DNA of 38,737 bases from a virus (Duplodnaviria > Caudoviricetes): IMG/VR virus record IMGVR_UViG_3300025502_000062, positions 1-38,737 of that record, one strand, 5' to 3'. Shown here piece by piece: positions 7,387 to 16,156 of the stretch (position 1 is the first letter of the stretch; every line of letters starts with the position of its first letter). Below the pieces are notes generated by a model. The model did no database searches. It was given only the letters and a program-made list of their open reading frames with translations, and was not told the DNA's origin. The position numbers and the translations under genes are program-made.

Positions 7387-9639
7387 ATGTCCATAACTGA
7401 TACCACGGCTAGTATTGAGTCTAAAACGGATTACGACGACACCCCCGAAGGTAAATACAAGTATTGGGCAGAGGAACTAAAGTCAAGCATTGCGGCTAGA
7501 AAGCCGTGGTGGAAAAAAGCGGATAAAATAGTCAATCTCTACTTAGGCAGTGGGGCAGTGGAAGCCAACAATTCGAGCAGTTCAAACGAATTTAATCTGA
7601 ACATGTTTCACTCCAACATCAAAACTCTTGGGGATATGCTCTACGGCAATACTCCAAAAATCGATGTAAGCCGCAGGTATGCACAGCCAGCCGATGATGT
7701 GGGCCGTGTAGCCGCTGAAATGATGGAAAGGTTACTCAACCTTGACGTGGCGGAGAACGGTTCAGAAATAGACTCTGTGTTCAAGTCAACACTGCAAGAC
7801 CGCCTATTGGCGGGGCTAGGTTGCGCCAAAGTGCGCTATGAAATGGAGTCCGAACAAATCCCAGCTGTTAATCCTGATACCGGCGAACCGCTCTTAAATG
7901 AAGTAGGCGAGCCAGTTATGGAAGATAAGCTGCTGCACGAAGATGCACCGGCGGACTACTTTTACTGGGGCGATCTTGCGTGGGGCTGGTGTCGCAACTG
8001 GGCAGCCATGCCGTGGTTAGGGTTTCGCAGCTACTTAACCAAAGACCAGCTAGAAGAACGCTGGGGCAAAGATGTAGCAGACGCGGTTAAACTGAAAAAA
8101 CAGACAAAATCAACCTCAGAAGATATCGAGGACGATGCAAAAACAAGCGGTGCGTGGATGCGTGCCGAGGTGTGGGAAATATGGTGCAAAGAAACACGCA
8201 AAGTGCACTGGATAATTATCGGGTACGACAAGCAGCTAGACGAAAAAGACGACGTGTTAAAACTGTCGGGCTTCTGGCCCTGCCCTCCTTTTTTTCTTGC
8301 TAACCCTACTACGTCGCTGTACTCACCAACACCTGATTATGTTCTAGCTCAGGATTTGTACAACGAGGTGGATAAACTGCAGACTCGAATTGCGGTTATC
8401 ACTGAGGCTGTGCGGGTTGTGGGTGTGTATAACGCTAACGCGGACAACATCAAAAGCCTGTTTAATGAGGGTAAGGATAACAGCCTTATACCCGTGGAGA
8501 ATTGGGCTTTATTTGGTGAAAATGGCGGCCTAGCTGGTCAAGTGGAGTGGCTACCTTTGAACGACATTGTTACAGCACTTCAACAGTTAATTGGCGTCCG
8601 TGACCAAACTATCGGGCTGCTACAGCAGATAACCGGCATGGTCGATGTCATGCGGGGCTCGCTCGATAACCAGTACGAAGGCGTTGGACAGACAGAACAG
8701 AAAACTAAATTTGGCTCAGTTCGCATTCAAGCACTGCAAGAGCAGTTCGCACGGTTCGCGGGCGATTTGATGCAGCTAAAAGCCGAAGTAATAGCACGCC
8801 ATTTTTCCCCCGAGACAATTTACAAACGCGCTAACATGAAATACAGCGCGGACGAAGAACACGTACAGCAGGCTATTGAGTTGATCAAGTCGCCAGAAGA
8901 CGCACGCCTGCGGATTGATATTCGCCCTGAGTCTGTGGCTATGATTGATTACCAAGCGCTCAAAGGCGAGCGTACCGAGTACATGAACGCGGTCAGCACT
9001 TACATGCAGAGTGCGGGCGCTATAATCGACTCTGACCCATCGGCTAAACCTTTCGTGCTGCAACTATTGCAGTGGGGATTGGCGGGATTTAAGGGCAGCA
9101 GTGAAATCGAGGGTGTTATTGATAAAGCCATTGAGGTCAGTATGCAGGCTGAAAAAGACAAAGCCGGCAAAGAAGAACCTACGCCCGAGCAGGTGGCAGC
9201 GCAAGCAGCCATGGGACTTGAACAGTTAAAACAGCAAGGCGACATCGGTAAAATTGACGCCAAGAAACAAGCTGACATTGAAGTGCGGAACACCGACATG
9301 CAGGCTGACATAACCACAGCACATGAACAGCACATGCGTAAAATGGCTGAAATTCAAGGCGCGTTGAAAGCTAAAGTGACAGAAATTAGGGCTAACTTGC
9401 AAGCTGATCTACTGACCGAAAAAGCGCAGGCTCAGTCTAATATCACCCAAACACAGGCCACGGTCGAGGGTGAAATTAAAAAAGATATTGTTGAGCATCA
9501 GATCGACATGGATGCTGAACAGACTAAAACAGCCGGCGCTATTGAGCAGATTCTTATAGGTGCCCAAGCCGACATTGAAAAATCAATCGTGGTGGAGAGT
9601 GTAAAACCTAAACCGGAGACAACCAAAAAAGATGATTAG
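7387..9639 (+). CDS. Portal protein
   Basis: 750 aa directly after terL; AEVWEIW motif; long C-terminal coiled coil as in P22-like portals. Confidence 0.88.
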   Translation: MSITDTTASIESKTDYDDTPEGKYKYWAEELKSSIAARKPWWKKADKIVNLYLGSGAVEANNSSSSNEFNLNMFHSNIKTLGDMLYGNTPKIDVSRRYAQPADDVGRVAAEMMERLLNLDVAENGSEIDSVFKSTLQDRLLAGLGCAKVRYEMESEQIPAVNPDTGEPLLNEVGEPVMEDKLLHEDAPADYFYWGDLAWGWCRNWAAMPWLGFRSYLTKDQLEERWGKDVADAVKLKKQTKSTSEDIEDDAKTSGAWMRAEVWEIWCKETRKVHWIIIGYDKQLDEKDDVLKLSGFWPCPPFFLANPTTSLYSPTPDYVLAQDLYNEVDKLQTRIAVITEAVRVVGVYNANADNIKSLFNEGKDNSLIPVENWALFGENGGLAGQVEWLPLNDIVTALQQLIGVRDQTIGLLQQITGMVDVMRGSLDNQYEGVGQTEQKTKFGSVRIQALQEQFARFAGDLMQLKAEVIARHFSPETIYKRANMKYSADEEHVQQAIELIKSPEDARLRIDIRPESVAMIDYQALKGERTEYMNAVSTYMQSAGAIIDSDPSAKPFVLQLLQWGLAGFKGSSEIEGVIDKAIEVSMQAEKDKAGKEEPTPEQVAAQAAMGLEQLKQQGDIGKIDAKKQADIEVRNTDMQADITTAHEQHMRKMAEIQGALKAKVTEIRANLQADLLTEKAQAQSNITQTQATVEGEIKKDIVEHQIDMDAEQTKTAGAIEQILIGAQADIEKSIVVESVKPKPETTKKDD

Positions 9640-10018
9640 AAACACAGCGCAAAAAGTAAACGACAGCTACGAAGCTAATTTCGACGCCATTTTTGGAGGC
9701 AAGCCACCCGAGGGTGGCGCTTTTGTGCAGGACAAAACAGGTAAGTTAAAGCCTAAAGAATTTGCGGTCGCAGATAGCGTAAACGCTCCCATGGTGATGA
9801 AACCTTTAAAAGATTTCAAGTCGCCTATAGATGGGCAGATAATTTCCAGCCGTGCGCAGTTAGCGAAGCACAACAAGCAACATGGTGTAACTAACTCGGC
9901 GGATTACTCAGGCGGCTACATTGAGCGAAAAGCCACCGAGCGCAATGCAGCGGGTGAAAAACATCTAAAGACCACACGCATTACCGATATTCAATCAGCT
10001 ATAGAACAGCATTCCTAA
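9632..10018 (+). CDS. Hypothetical head-module protein (128 aa)
   Basis: FKSPIDGQIISSRAQL..HNKQHGV pattern of the kind seen between portal and scaffold; overlaps portal stop. Confidence 0.8.
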   Translation: MIRNTAQKVNDSYEANFDAIFGGKPPEGGAFVQDKTGKLKPKEFAVADSVNAPMVMKPLKDFKSPIDGQIISSRAQLAKHNKQHGVTNSADYSGGYIERKATERNAAGEKHLKTTRITDIQSAIEQHS

Positions 10019-10040
10019 ACCTACGACGGAGATATACATC

Positions 10041-10226
10041 ATGTTCGGATTAATAGAAAACATAACGAAAGCTACACTAGGCGTGGTAGTGGAGACACCT
10101 ATAGCCATTGCCGCCGATATAGTAACAATGGGCGGCGTGTTGGCGGATAAAGACGAACCGTACACAGCCACCGCACTTAAAAAAGTCACTGAAAACGTGG
10201 CTAACGCGACAGACCCAGATACATAA
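10041..10226 (+). CDS. Small hypothetical protein (61 aa), moron-like
   Basis: GGAG RBS; flanked by 12-bp direct repeat TAAACCTACGAC. Confidence 0.75.
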   Translation: MFGLIENITKATLGVVVETPIAIAADIVTMGGVLADKDEPYTATALKKVTENVANATDPDT

Positions 10227-10250
10227 ACCTACGACAACGAGCAAAATATT

Positions 10251-11285
10251 ATGAGTATGAGAGATTCCATTAACGAAGCCCTTGACGCGGTAGCCGAAGA
10301 GGACGAAACCCAAAACTACGATGAAACCGAACAGGAGGTGATCACTAGTGCGGCAGAAGAAACGTCAGAAACGCAAGCAGCAGACGTCACAGGCGATGAT
10401 ACCGGCGCTAGCGACGACACTAAGCCTGACGACCTTGCGCTCGAATCAGAGGAAAAATCTGGCGACAGCATAAAAGCGCCTATTGATTGGGGGCCAGAAG
10501 AACGCGAACAGTGGTCAAAAATTCCTCGCAACTTGCAAGAAAAAGTGATGAGCCGTGAAAAAGAGCTTAACACTTTGATGCAAACTACAGTCGACGCACG
10601 CAAAACGCACGGGGATTTCGAGCAGCTATCGAACAAGTACGGCTCTGTCCTATCAGGGGTTATAGGTGATACCCCTATGGAAGCTGTGGGAAATCTGTTC
10701 AACACGGTGGCGAATTTACGTATGGGCTCGACTATCCAGAAAGCCCAGATAATTGCTGACTTAATAACTGACTTTGGCGTGGACGTTAGCACACTGGACA
10801 GCGCAATTGTTGGTGCGGCTCCACCAGCCGGACAGCAACAGAACGCAGATATTGAAGCGATAGTCGCTCAACGCATGGCACCTTTTGAAGCGCAAATGGG
10901 TCAGCAAAAAGCCTTGGAGACTCAGCAAGAAACCCAACGCCAAGACGCGGCTATGTCTGAGGTTCAAGAATTCGCTAAAGACGCCGAGTTCCTAGCGGAC
11001 GTGCGAAACGACATGGCGGACTTAATTGACATGACTAGCAAGCGTGGGGGCACAATTACCATGAAACAGGCGTATGACAAAGCCTGTATGCTTAACCCTC
11101 AAATTCAAGCAGTCCTGACCCAGCGTGCCCAGCATAAAGTGCTGACAGGGAACAAAAATTCTATCGCCAGTAAACGCGAGGCGGCTAGCAGCATCAGCGG
11201 TTCACGTGTAGGCAATGGGGCGGGCGTTGAAGGGTCCATGCGAGAGACCTTATCAAGCGCGTGGGATAATCAGGGCAAAATCTAA
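10251..11285 (+). CDS. Capsid scaffolding protein
   Basis: Acidic disordered N-terminus, helical body, immediately upstream of the major capsid gene. Confidence 0.75.
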   Translation: MSMRDSINEALDAVAEEDETQNYDETEQEVITSAAEETSETQAADVTGDDTGASDDTKPDDLALESEEKSGDSIKAPIDWGPEEREQWSKIPRNLQEKVMSREKELNTLMQTTVDARKTHGDFEQLSNKYGSVLSGVIGDTPMEAVGNLFNTVANLRMGSTIQKAQIIADLITDFGVDVSTLDSAIVGAAPPAGQQQNADIEAIVAQRMAPFEAQMGQQKALETQQETQRQDAAMSEVQEFAKDAEFLADVRNDMADLIDMTSKRGGTITMKQAYDKACMLNPQIQAVLTQRAQHKVLTGNKNSIASKREAASSISGSRVGNGAGVEGSMRETLSSAWDNQGKI

Positions 11286-11289
11286 GCAT

Positions 11290-11330
11290 TTGACCTTTGT
11301 GACGCAGGGTGTAAACTGTGCGTCACAAAG
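11290..11330 (+). promoter_or_regulatory. Putative capsid promoter overlapped by a 12-bp perfect inverted repeat
   Basis: TTGACC-N16-TAAACT; CTTTGTGACGCA (11295-11306) and TGCGTCACAAAG (11319-11330). Confidence 0.55.
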
Positions 11331-11432
11331 ACTTATCTACTCTAGCGGCCAGCCACGGTAGCACCGCACCTTAGACTCCTAGATTGGTTATTGAAAAACG
11401 ACACTCAATTAACTTTTTAGGAGCATTTAATA

Positions 11433-12428
11433 ATGGCTTTCGCTAACGCAAACATTTCGGATATTTTGGCCACGACTATCGAAAGTCGTACCAGAAAAAT
11501 TGCCGACAACGTAACAAACAACAACGCTTTCCTCATGAAAATGAAGAAGAACGGAAAAATTAAAACTTTTTCCGGCGGTCACAAAATCATGCAAGAACTT
11601 TCTTTTGCTGAAAACTCCAATGCAGGCTGGTATTCAGGTTACGATCTTTTACCTGTTGGCGTATCTGATGTTATCAGTGCCGCTGAATTTGATATCAAGC
11701 AGGCAGCAGTGCCAGTTATTATCTCAGGTCTTGAGCAGCTTCAAAACTCTGGTCGTGAGAAAATGATCGACTTGATGGAATCTCGTTTAGAGGTTGCCGA
11801 GTCAACAATGGCTAACCTTATCACTGGTGGCTTATATTCTGACGGCTCAGCCGCAGGCGGCAAGCAGATTGACGGTTTAGAAGCCGCGCTACCTGTCGAC
11901 CCAACAGCCGCGCCATATGGCGGCATTGATGGCAACGTCTTCACTTTCTGGCAGAATGCAGTTAGCAACCAGACAGCAGCTAACGGTTTGGACTCTACCA
12001 AGATTCAAGGTTTTTGGAATGCACTTTGGGCCTCAATGGTTCGCGGTCAAGATCGTGTTGACCTGATCATGTCTGATACCGCAGTATGGAACACCTACAT
12101 TGGATCACTGCAAGCTCAACGGCGTTTTACCAACACCGATTCAGCAGACGCGGGCTTTGCAACTGTTAAGTTTATGGACGCAGATGTTTGCCTAGACGGC
12201 GGTATCTACAACGGTAACAACGGTTCAGGCACACCAGCCGGAACAGCGTTCTTCCTTAATACGAAGTACATGCACTACCGTCCACATGCTGACCGCAACA
12301 TGGTTTCGCTATCTCCTAACCGTCGTTACAGCACAAACCAAGATGCAGAAGTGCAAATTCTTGGTTGGGCCGGTAACTTGACTTGTTCAGGTCGTCAGTT
12401 CTCAGGACGATACGACGCAAACGGTTAA
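11433..12428 (+). CDS. Major capsid protein
   Basis: 331 aa after scaffold; strong AGGAG RBS; N-terminus (DILATTIESRT..IADNV) typical of this podovirus capsid type; followed by hairpin. Confidence 0.9.
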   Translation: MAFANANISDILATTIESRTRKIADNVTNNNAFLMKMKKNGKIKTFSGGHKIMQELSFAENSNAGWYSGYDLLPVGVSDVISAAEFDIKQAAVPVIISGLEQLQNSGREKMIDLMESRLEVAESTMANLITGGLYSDGSAAGGKQIDGLEAALPVDPTAAPYGGIDGNVFTFWQNAVSNQTAANGLDSTKIQGFWNALWASMVRGQDRVDLIMSDTAVWNTYIGSLQAQRRFTNTDSADAGFATVKFMDADVCLDGGIYNGNNGSGTPAGTAFFLNTKYMHYRPHADRNMVSLSPNRRYSTNQDAEVQILGWAGNLTCSGRQFSGRYDANG

Positions 12429-12455
12429 TACGTTTAACCTTGTCGTAGGGTTGTA

Positions 12456-12482
12456 GGGGGCGCTTCGGCGCTCCTGATTTTC
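12456..12482 (+). terminator. Probably leaky intrinsic terminator or stabilising hairpin after the capsid gene
   Basis: GGGGGCGC-TTCG-GCGCTCCT then GATTTTC. Confidence 0.6.
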
Positions 12483-12501
12483 AATTTAGGAGATCATAAC
12501 A

Positions 12502-12849
12502 ATGGGTAATCCCACATATTACATAGATGACCAAGCAGTAGCAGATAGAAAAGCCGAAGCAAATCAAGGCATACCTGATACTGCGTGGGACGGCGGTTTA
12601 AACGCTGGCGGCGCTTGCGCTAATGGTATCGGGGTGAACGAAGGTGAAGGCGCTGTAATAGGCACCCCCGCCCAATTTACACTGCTTGACCAAGATAGCG
12701 ATGCAAGAACACCGCAGAATAGCCAATTAATAGGCGGCACGGCGTCCGCCCTTGACGTAGGCACCAATCCCGTAGACGGTGGGGGGCTTCCAGTTAGAAC
12801 AGGCGGGGCCACATTGGCAAGCCTAAACGCAGGCTGGACAGCGGCTTAA
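12502..12849 (+). CDS. Gly/Ala-rich virion protein (possible head decoration)
   Basis: AGGAG RBS; directly after the capsid gene. Confidence 0.7.
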   Translation: MGNPTYYIDDQAVADRKAEANQGIPDTAWDGGLNAGGACANGIGVNEGEGAVIGTPAQFTLLDQDSDARTPQNSQLIGGTASALDVGTNPVDGGGLPVRTGGATLASLNAGWTAA

Positions 12850-12860
12850 TTAGAAGCATA

Positions 12861-14702
12861 ATGACTATACTCGCAAAAGCAATATCAATGAACCTAAGCG
12901 CTGGCGGGGTTCTTGAGCCCGCGGTCAATAGCCTTGCAGGGTTGCATATTGCTTTTAGTGATCTAGTATCTGGACCTGCAACTGGTCTAGGTGATGGTCT
13001 AGGTGATGGCACAATCGTCACTCTCTGGTGTTGGGGTATCGGCGATATAAAGGGATTGTCGTCAGTCATGTTTACCGATGCACAATCAGTCAAGCGCAAT
13101 GCAGCGCATCATTATTATTGGAAGAAAGCAGATGGCGAATTGCCTAGCGGCCCTGCAAATCTTTATGAATCTCATGGATTGTACGAGATAGCTTTTTCAA
13201 TTCCTGCTGGATCGGCAACGGGTTTAGGTTCGATTACTATTGGCGTTGGCGCGCAAGAATCTAATAGTATTTCGTTTACGGTTCGCGCTGGGAATATTTA
13301 CTGGGTAGCACCATCTAGTGCTAGTCCATCGGGAAACAATAACAATGCTGGTACTTACGCAGCCCCGAAAGAATATTTAAACGCGACAATCGGAAGTTTC
13401 AGTACACGGAGCCTTTTACAAAACGCTTATAGCGGCGTAACAGCGGGGGATATTTGTTATAGCATAGGTGTTGATGAGCCTACTAGTTATAGTGGTGGTC
13501 GGTCGGTGGGATTAGTGGCTAGAGATTGCACAGGCACGTCAGGAAACCCTGTTTCAATCGTAGCGTATCCAGGCACTAGGCCGACTGTTGGCTTGTCTGT
13601 TGATACGCAGGCAGGATTCTTGCCCATCAACTCGCCGCACTTTAATATATCTAAATTTGCATTTACGTTGGGACACATTGACCCTTCTATATTACCAGCA
13701 GGAACAGGAAATCCAGGAAATCCACAATTATCAAATACTGCATTGACGTGTTCAGGTGGCAATCGTTTTACAGGGAACAAGTGTGGGCAAAGAGCAGGGA
13801 AAATGATTACTGGTTGGAGCGGAGCGATTAATGCTGGTGGAACTGGTATTAATGATACGTTCTGTTTGGGTAATGAAATTTTAGACCAAGGCACTGCTAA
13901 CACTTCTAGGTTTCAGCACACAGTTTATTTTTCAGTTAGAAGTAACATTACAAATACAGGCGATTTCGATTTTAGTTTTAACTATCTGCACGATAACTTC
14001 GCGATGTTTGGGTTTCATTTGTACGACGAAGATCTAGGAAGCGTAACCCCCTTAATGGGCATTACTGGAACGATTACAATTAGCAATAACCTCATTGCTG
14101 ACCAAGTTGGTGCAGGTATCAATTATGCAATCGGCCCTACTATTGGAAATATGTATACAGCAGATCTAATAGTAGAAAACAATCTTTTAATAAGAACGGG
14201 TACTGGCGAAACCGAGTTAGAAGATTCTGTATACCCACCAGCGGAGGCTATTCGGATAGGGGGTATAGAGCCAGCAAACGCCACAATACGCAACAATACG
14301 TTGATTGAATGGTCAAGCCCTGCAAATGTAATAGCCAATGGGGTGAACGGCGGGTTGTCAGTAAGTCATGCAACTGGCGTATGCGTGTGGACTATCGAGA
14401 ACAATTTACTTTACAGTAAAATCGACGACAAGTATGTAAATCTTGGTACGAATGTTTCGACAATAGATAACGACAATAACAATGCTTTTTATACCTCAGC
14501 AACAAACCCGACACTAGACACCAAACCTAGTTGGACAGGCAATGTGACCGTCGATCCACAAATAACAGTGGTTGGCGATAACTACACAATTGATGCTGGG
14601 TCACCCTTAATTAATGCTGGTTTTGTTAGAACTGGCAACCCACTACGAGATATCCAAGGTAAAGCTAGATCGGGTATAGACATAGGAGCGATTGAAAAAT
14701 GA
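12861..14702 (+). CDS. Parallel beta-helix repeat protein with N-terminal Ig/IPT-like domain (putative glycan-binding fibre or spike)
   Basis: YWVAP..GNNNNAGT start motif; repeated I.NN ladders (ISNNLI, VENNLL, IRNNTL, IENNLL); SPLINAG..RDI.G..R..IDIGAIE C-terminus. Confidence 0.8.
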   Translation: MTILAKAISMNLSAGGVLEPAVNSLAGLHIAFSDLVSGPATGLGDGLGDGTIVTLWCWGIGDIKGLSSVMFTDAQSVKRNAAHHYYWKKADGELPSGPANLYESHGLYEIAFSIPAGSATGLGSITIGVGAQESNSISFTVRAGNIYWVAPSSASPSGNNNNAGTYAAPKEYLNATIGSFSTRSLLQNAYSGVTAGDICYSIGVDEPTSYSGGRSVGLVARDCTGTSGNPVSIVAYPGTRPTVGLSVDTQAGFLPINSPHFNISKFAFTLGHIDPSILPAGTGNPGNPQLSNTALTCSGGNRFTGNKCGQRAGKMITGWSGAINAGGTGINDTFCLGNEILDQGTANTSRFQHTVYFSVRSNITNTGDFDFSFNYLHDNFAMFGFHLYDEDLGSVTPLMGITGTITISNNLIADQVGAGINYAIGPTIGNMYTADLIVENNLLIRTGTGETELEDSVYPPAEAIRIGGIEPANATIRNNTLIEWSSPANVIANGVNGGLSVSHATGVCVWTIENNLLYSKIDDKYVNLGTNVSTIDNDNNNAFYTSATNPTLDTKPSWTGNVTVDPQITVVGDNYTIDAGSPLINAGFVRTGNPLRDIQGKARSGIDIGAIEK

Positions 14703-16156
14703 GCACCCCATTAGCCAGAACTTTTTACAATGGTAACTTCCCTAAGGCTGGCATTGCGATAAATGCGGCAACTAAGTTTGCAGCTATAGTCGTAGCTATA
14801 TATGGAGGTGATGGGGCAGTTCCCACAGCGTTAACTTTAAATGGAGTAGCTAGCACCAAATTGGGTAGCACTACTAACACAGGGGGAGAAGAAGCTAATA
14901 TAAGTGTATTTTCGATTTCTGACCCAGAATCAGGCTCAATTGCGATTACGGGTTTTTCAGATGGTATTGGGAAAAACTTAATAGAGGTAATTGAGTATGA
15001 TTTTTATGCAACAATCACTGACTTTGTAAGTCAGGGATTTGGAAATCGATCAGGGAGCACTTTTACTGCTACATACAATTATTCTTCTGTGACGGGGGAA
15101 GAAATAATACTTGTTGGAACTTGTGCTAATGGTTTGATTTCTACTAATACACCATCCATGTCAGCTAATCTGAACAGCCATTTTACAAATGCTATACCAG
15201 TCCAATATGTTTCAGGTTATGATGAAAGCGTATCGACTAGTCCAGAAGTATACACCGCATCTTTTAATCATAGTTCGGCGGGTGGTGGGATTATTGGTAA
15301 TATCAATATTGCTGGTTTTACATTGACACCTGCGGCTGGTGACACAACTATTCCCGTTATCACATTAGTTGGTGCTGACCCAGTTAACATTAATCAGGGT
15401 GCAACTTATACCGATGCGGGGGCCACGGCCACTGACGACACTGATGGCACGATAACCGGTGATATAGCAACAGTTAACCCCGTTGACACTGCCATAGTTG
15501 GCCAATACACAGTCACTTATAACGTTGATGACGCGGCGGGCAATTCGGCCGCTCAAGTAACTAGAACGGTTAACGTGGTTGACGGAACGGCAGCAACATT
15601 ATCATTACCCACCGACACTACAACTAATGTTTCTACAATACTTGGTGCTACGGTTGATGAAGGTTCGACGATTCATACCGTTGCGTATTTAACCAGTGAA
15701 GGCACTGCCCCAACTGATGCCGAAGTCGTTGACGGAAGCTACGCTGGGGCAAGCGGTGTTTATGCCAATGACAAGGTGGTTTCGACGGGGGCATTTACGG
15801 TTGACCCCATTACCGTCGTGGCTAATTCTGCTTATAGTTTTAAGATGATTGCGGTTGATGCCACTAGTAATATAAGTCTTGTACTTACTAGTACCTTTAC
15901 AACTTTGTCAGCTATGATCTCGATTACCACAGATTTACTGTCAGCTACTATTGACGGTGTGCTGTTCAGCACTGCTATTGAGGCAGGCCATGTTGAATTG
16001 ATTACTCTGAATGGTGAAACGACTGATGGTAGCGGTGTTCTACTGATTGATGCGAATAGCCTTTCTGTTACTGATACGCAAGTAGTTGAAGGTATCGCCA
16101 AGGATAGAGCGACAGATGATCCGTTACCAATACAAGGCGCAGTGAGCATAGCGTAA
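14699..16156 (+). CDS. Beta-rich surface protein with one DUF5011-type Ig-like domain
   Basis: DTTIPVITLVG..YTDAGATATD..YTVTYNVDDAAGN..RTVNV at ~15341-15583. Confidence 0.85.
   Translation: MSTPLARTFYNGNFPKAGIAINAATKFAAIVVAIYGGDGAVPTALTLNGVASTKLGSTTNTGGEEANISVFSISDPESGSIAITGFSDGIGKNLIEVIEYDFYATITDFVSQGFGNRSGSTFTATYNYSSVTGEEIILVGTCANGLISTNTPSMSANLNSHFTNAIPVQYVSGYDESVSTSPEVYTASFNHSSAGGGIIGNINIAGFTLTPAAGDTTIPVITLVGADPVNINQGATYTDAGATATDDTDGTITGDIATVNPVDTAIVGQYTVTYNVDDAAGNSAAQVTRTVNVVDGTAATLSLPTDTTTNVSTILGATVDEGSTIHTVAYLTSEGTAPTDAEVVDGSYAGASGVYANDKVVSTGAFTVDPITVVANSAYSFKMIAVDATSNISLVLTSTFTTLSAMISITTDLLSATIDGVLFSTAIEAGHVELITLNGETTDGSGVLLIDANSLSVTDTQVVEGIAKDRATDDPLPIQGAVSIA

Noticed and set aside
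12400-12502. Programmed frameshift or readthrough extending the capsid protein
   Set aside because: No slippery heptamer near the TAA stop, a second in-frame TAA follows at 12435-12437, and the next gene has its own strong RBS
12984-13009. 12-bp tandem GGTCTAGGTGAT
   Set aside because: In-frame GLGD duplication within coding sequence; no sign of separate function
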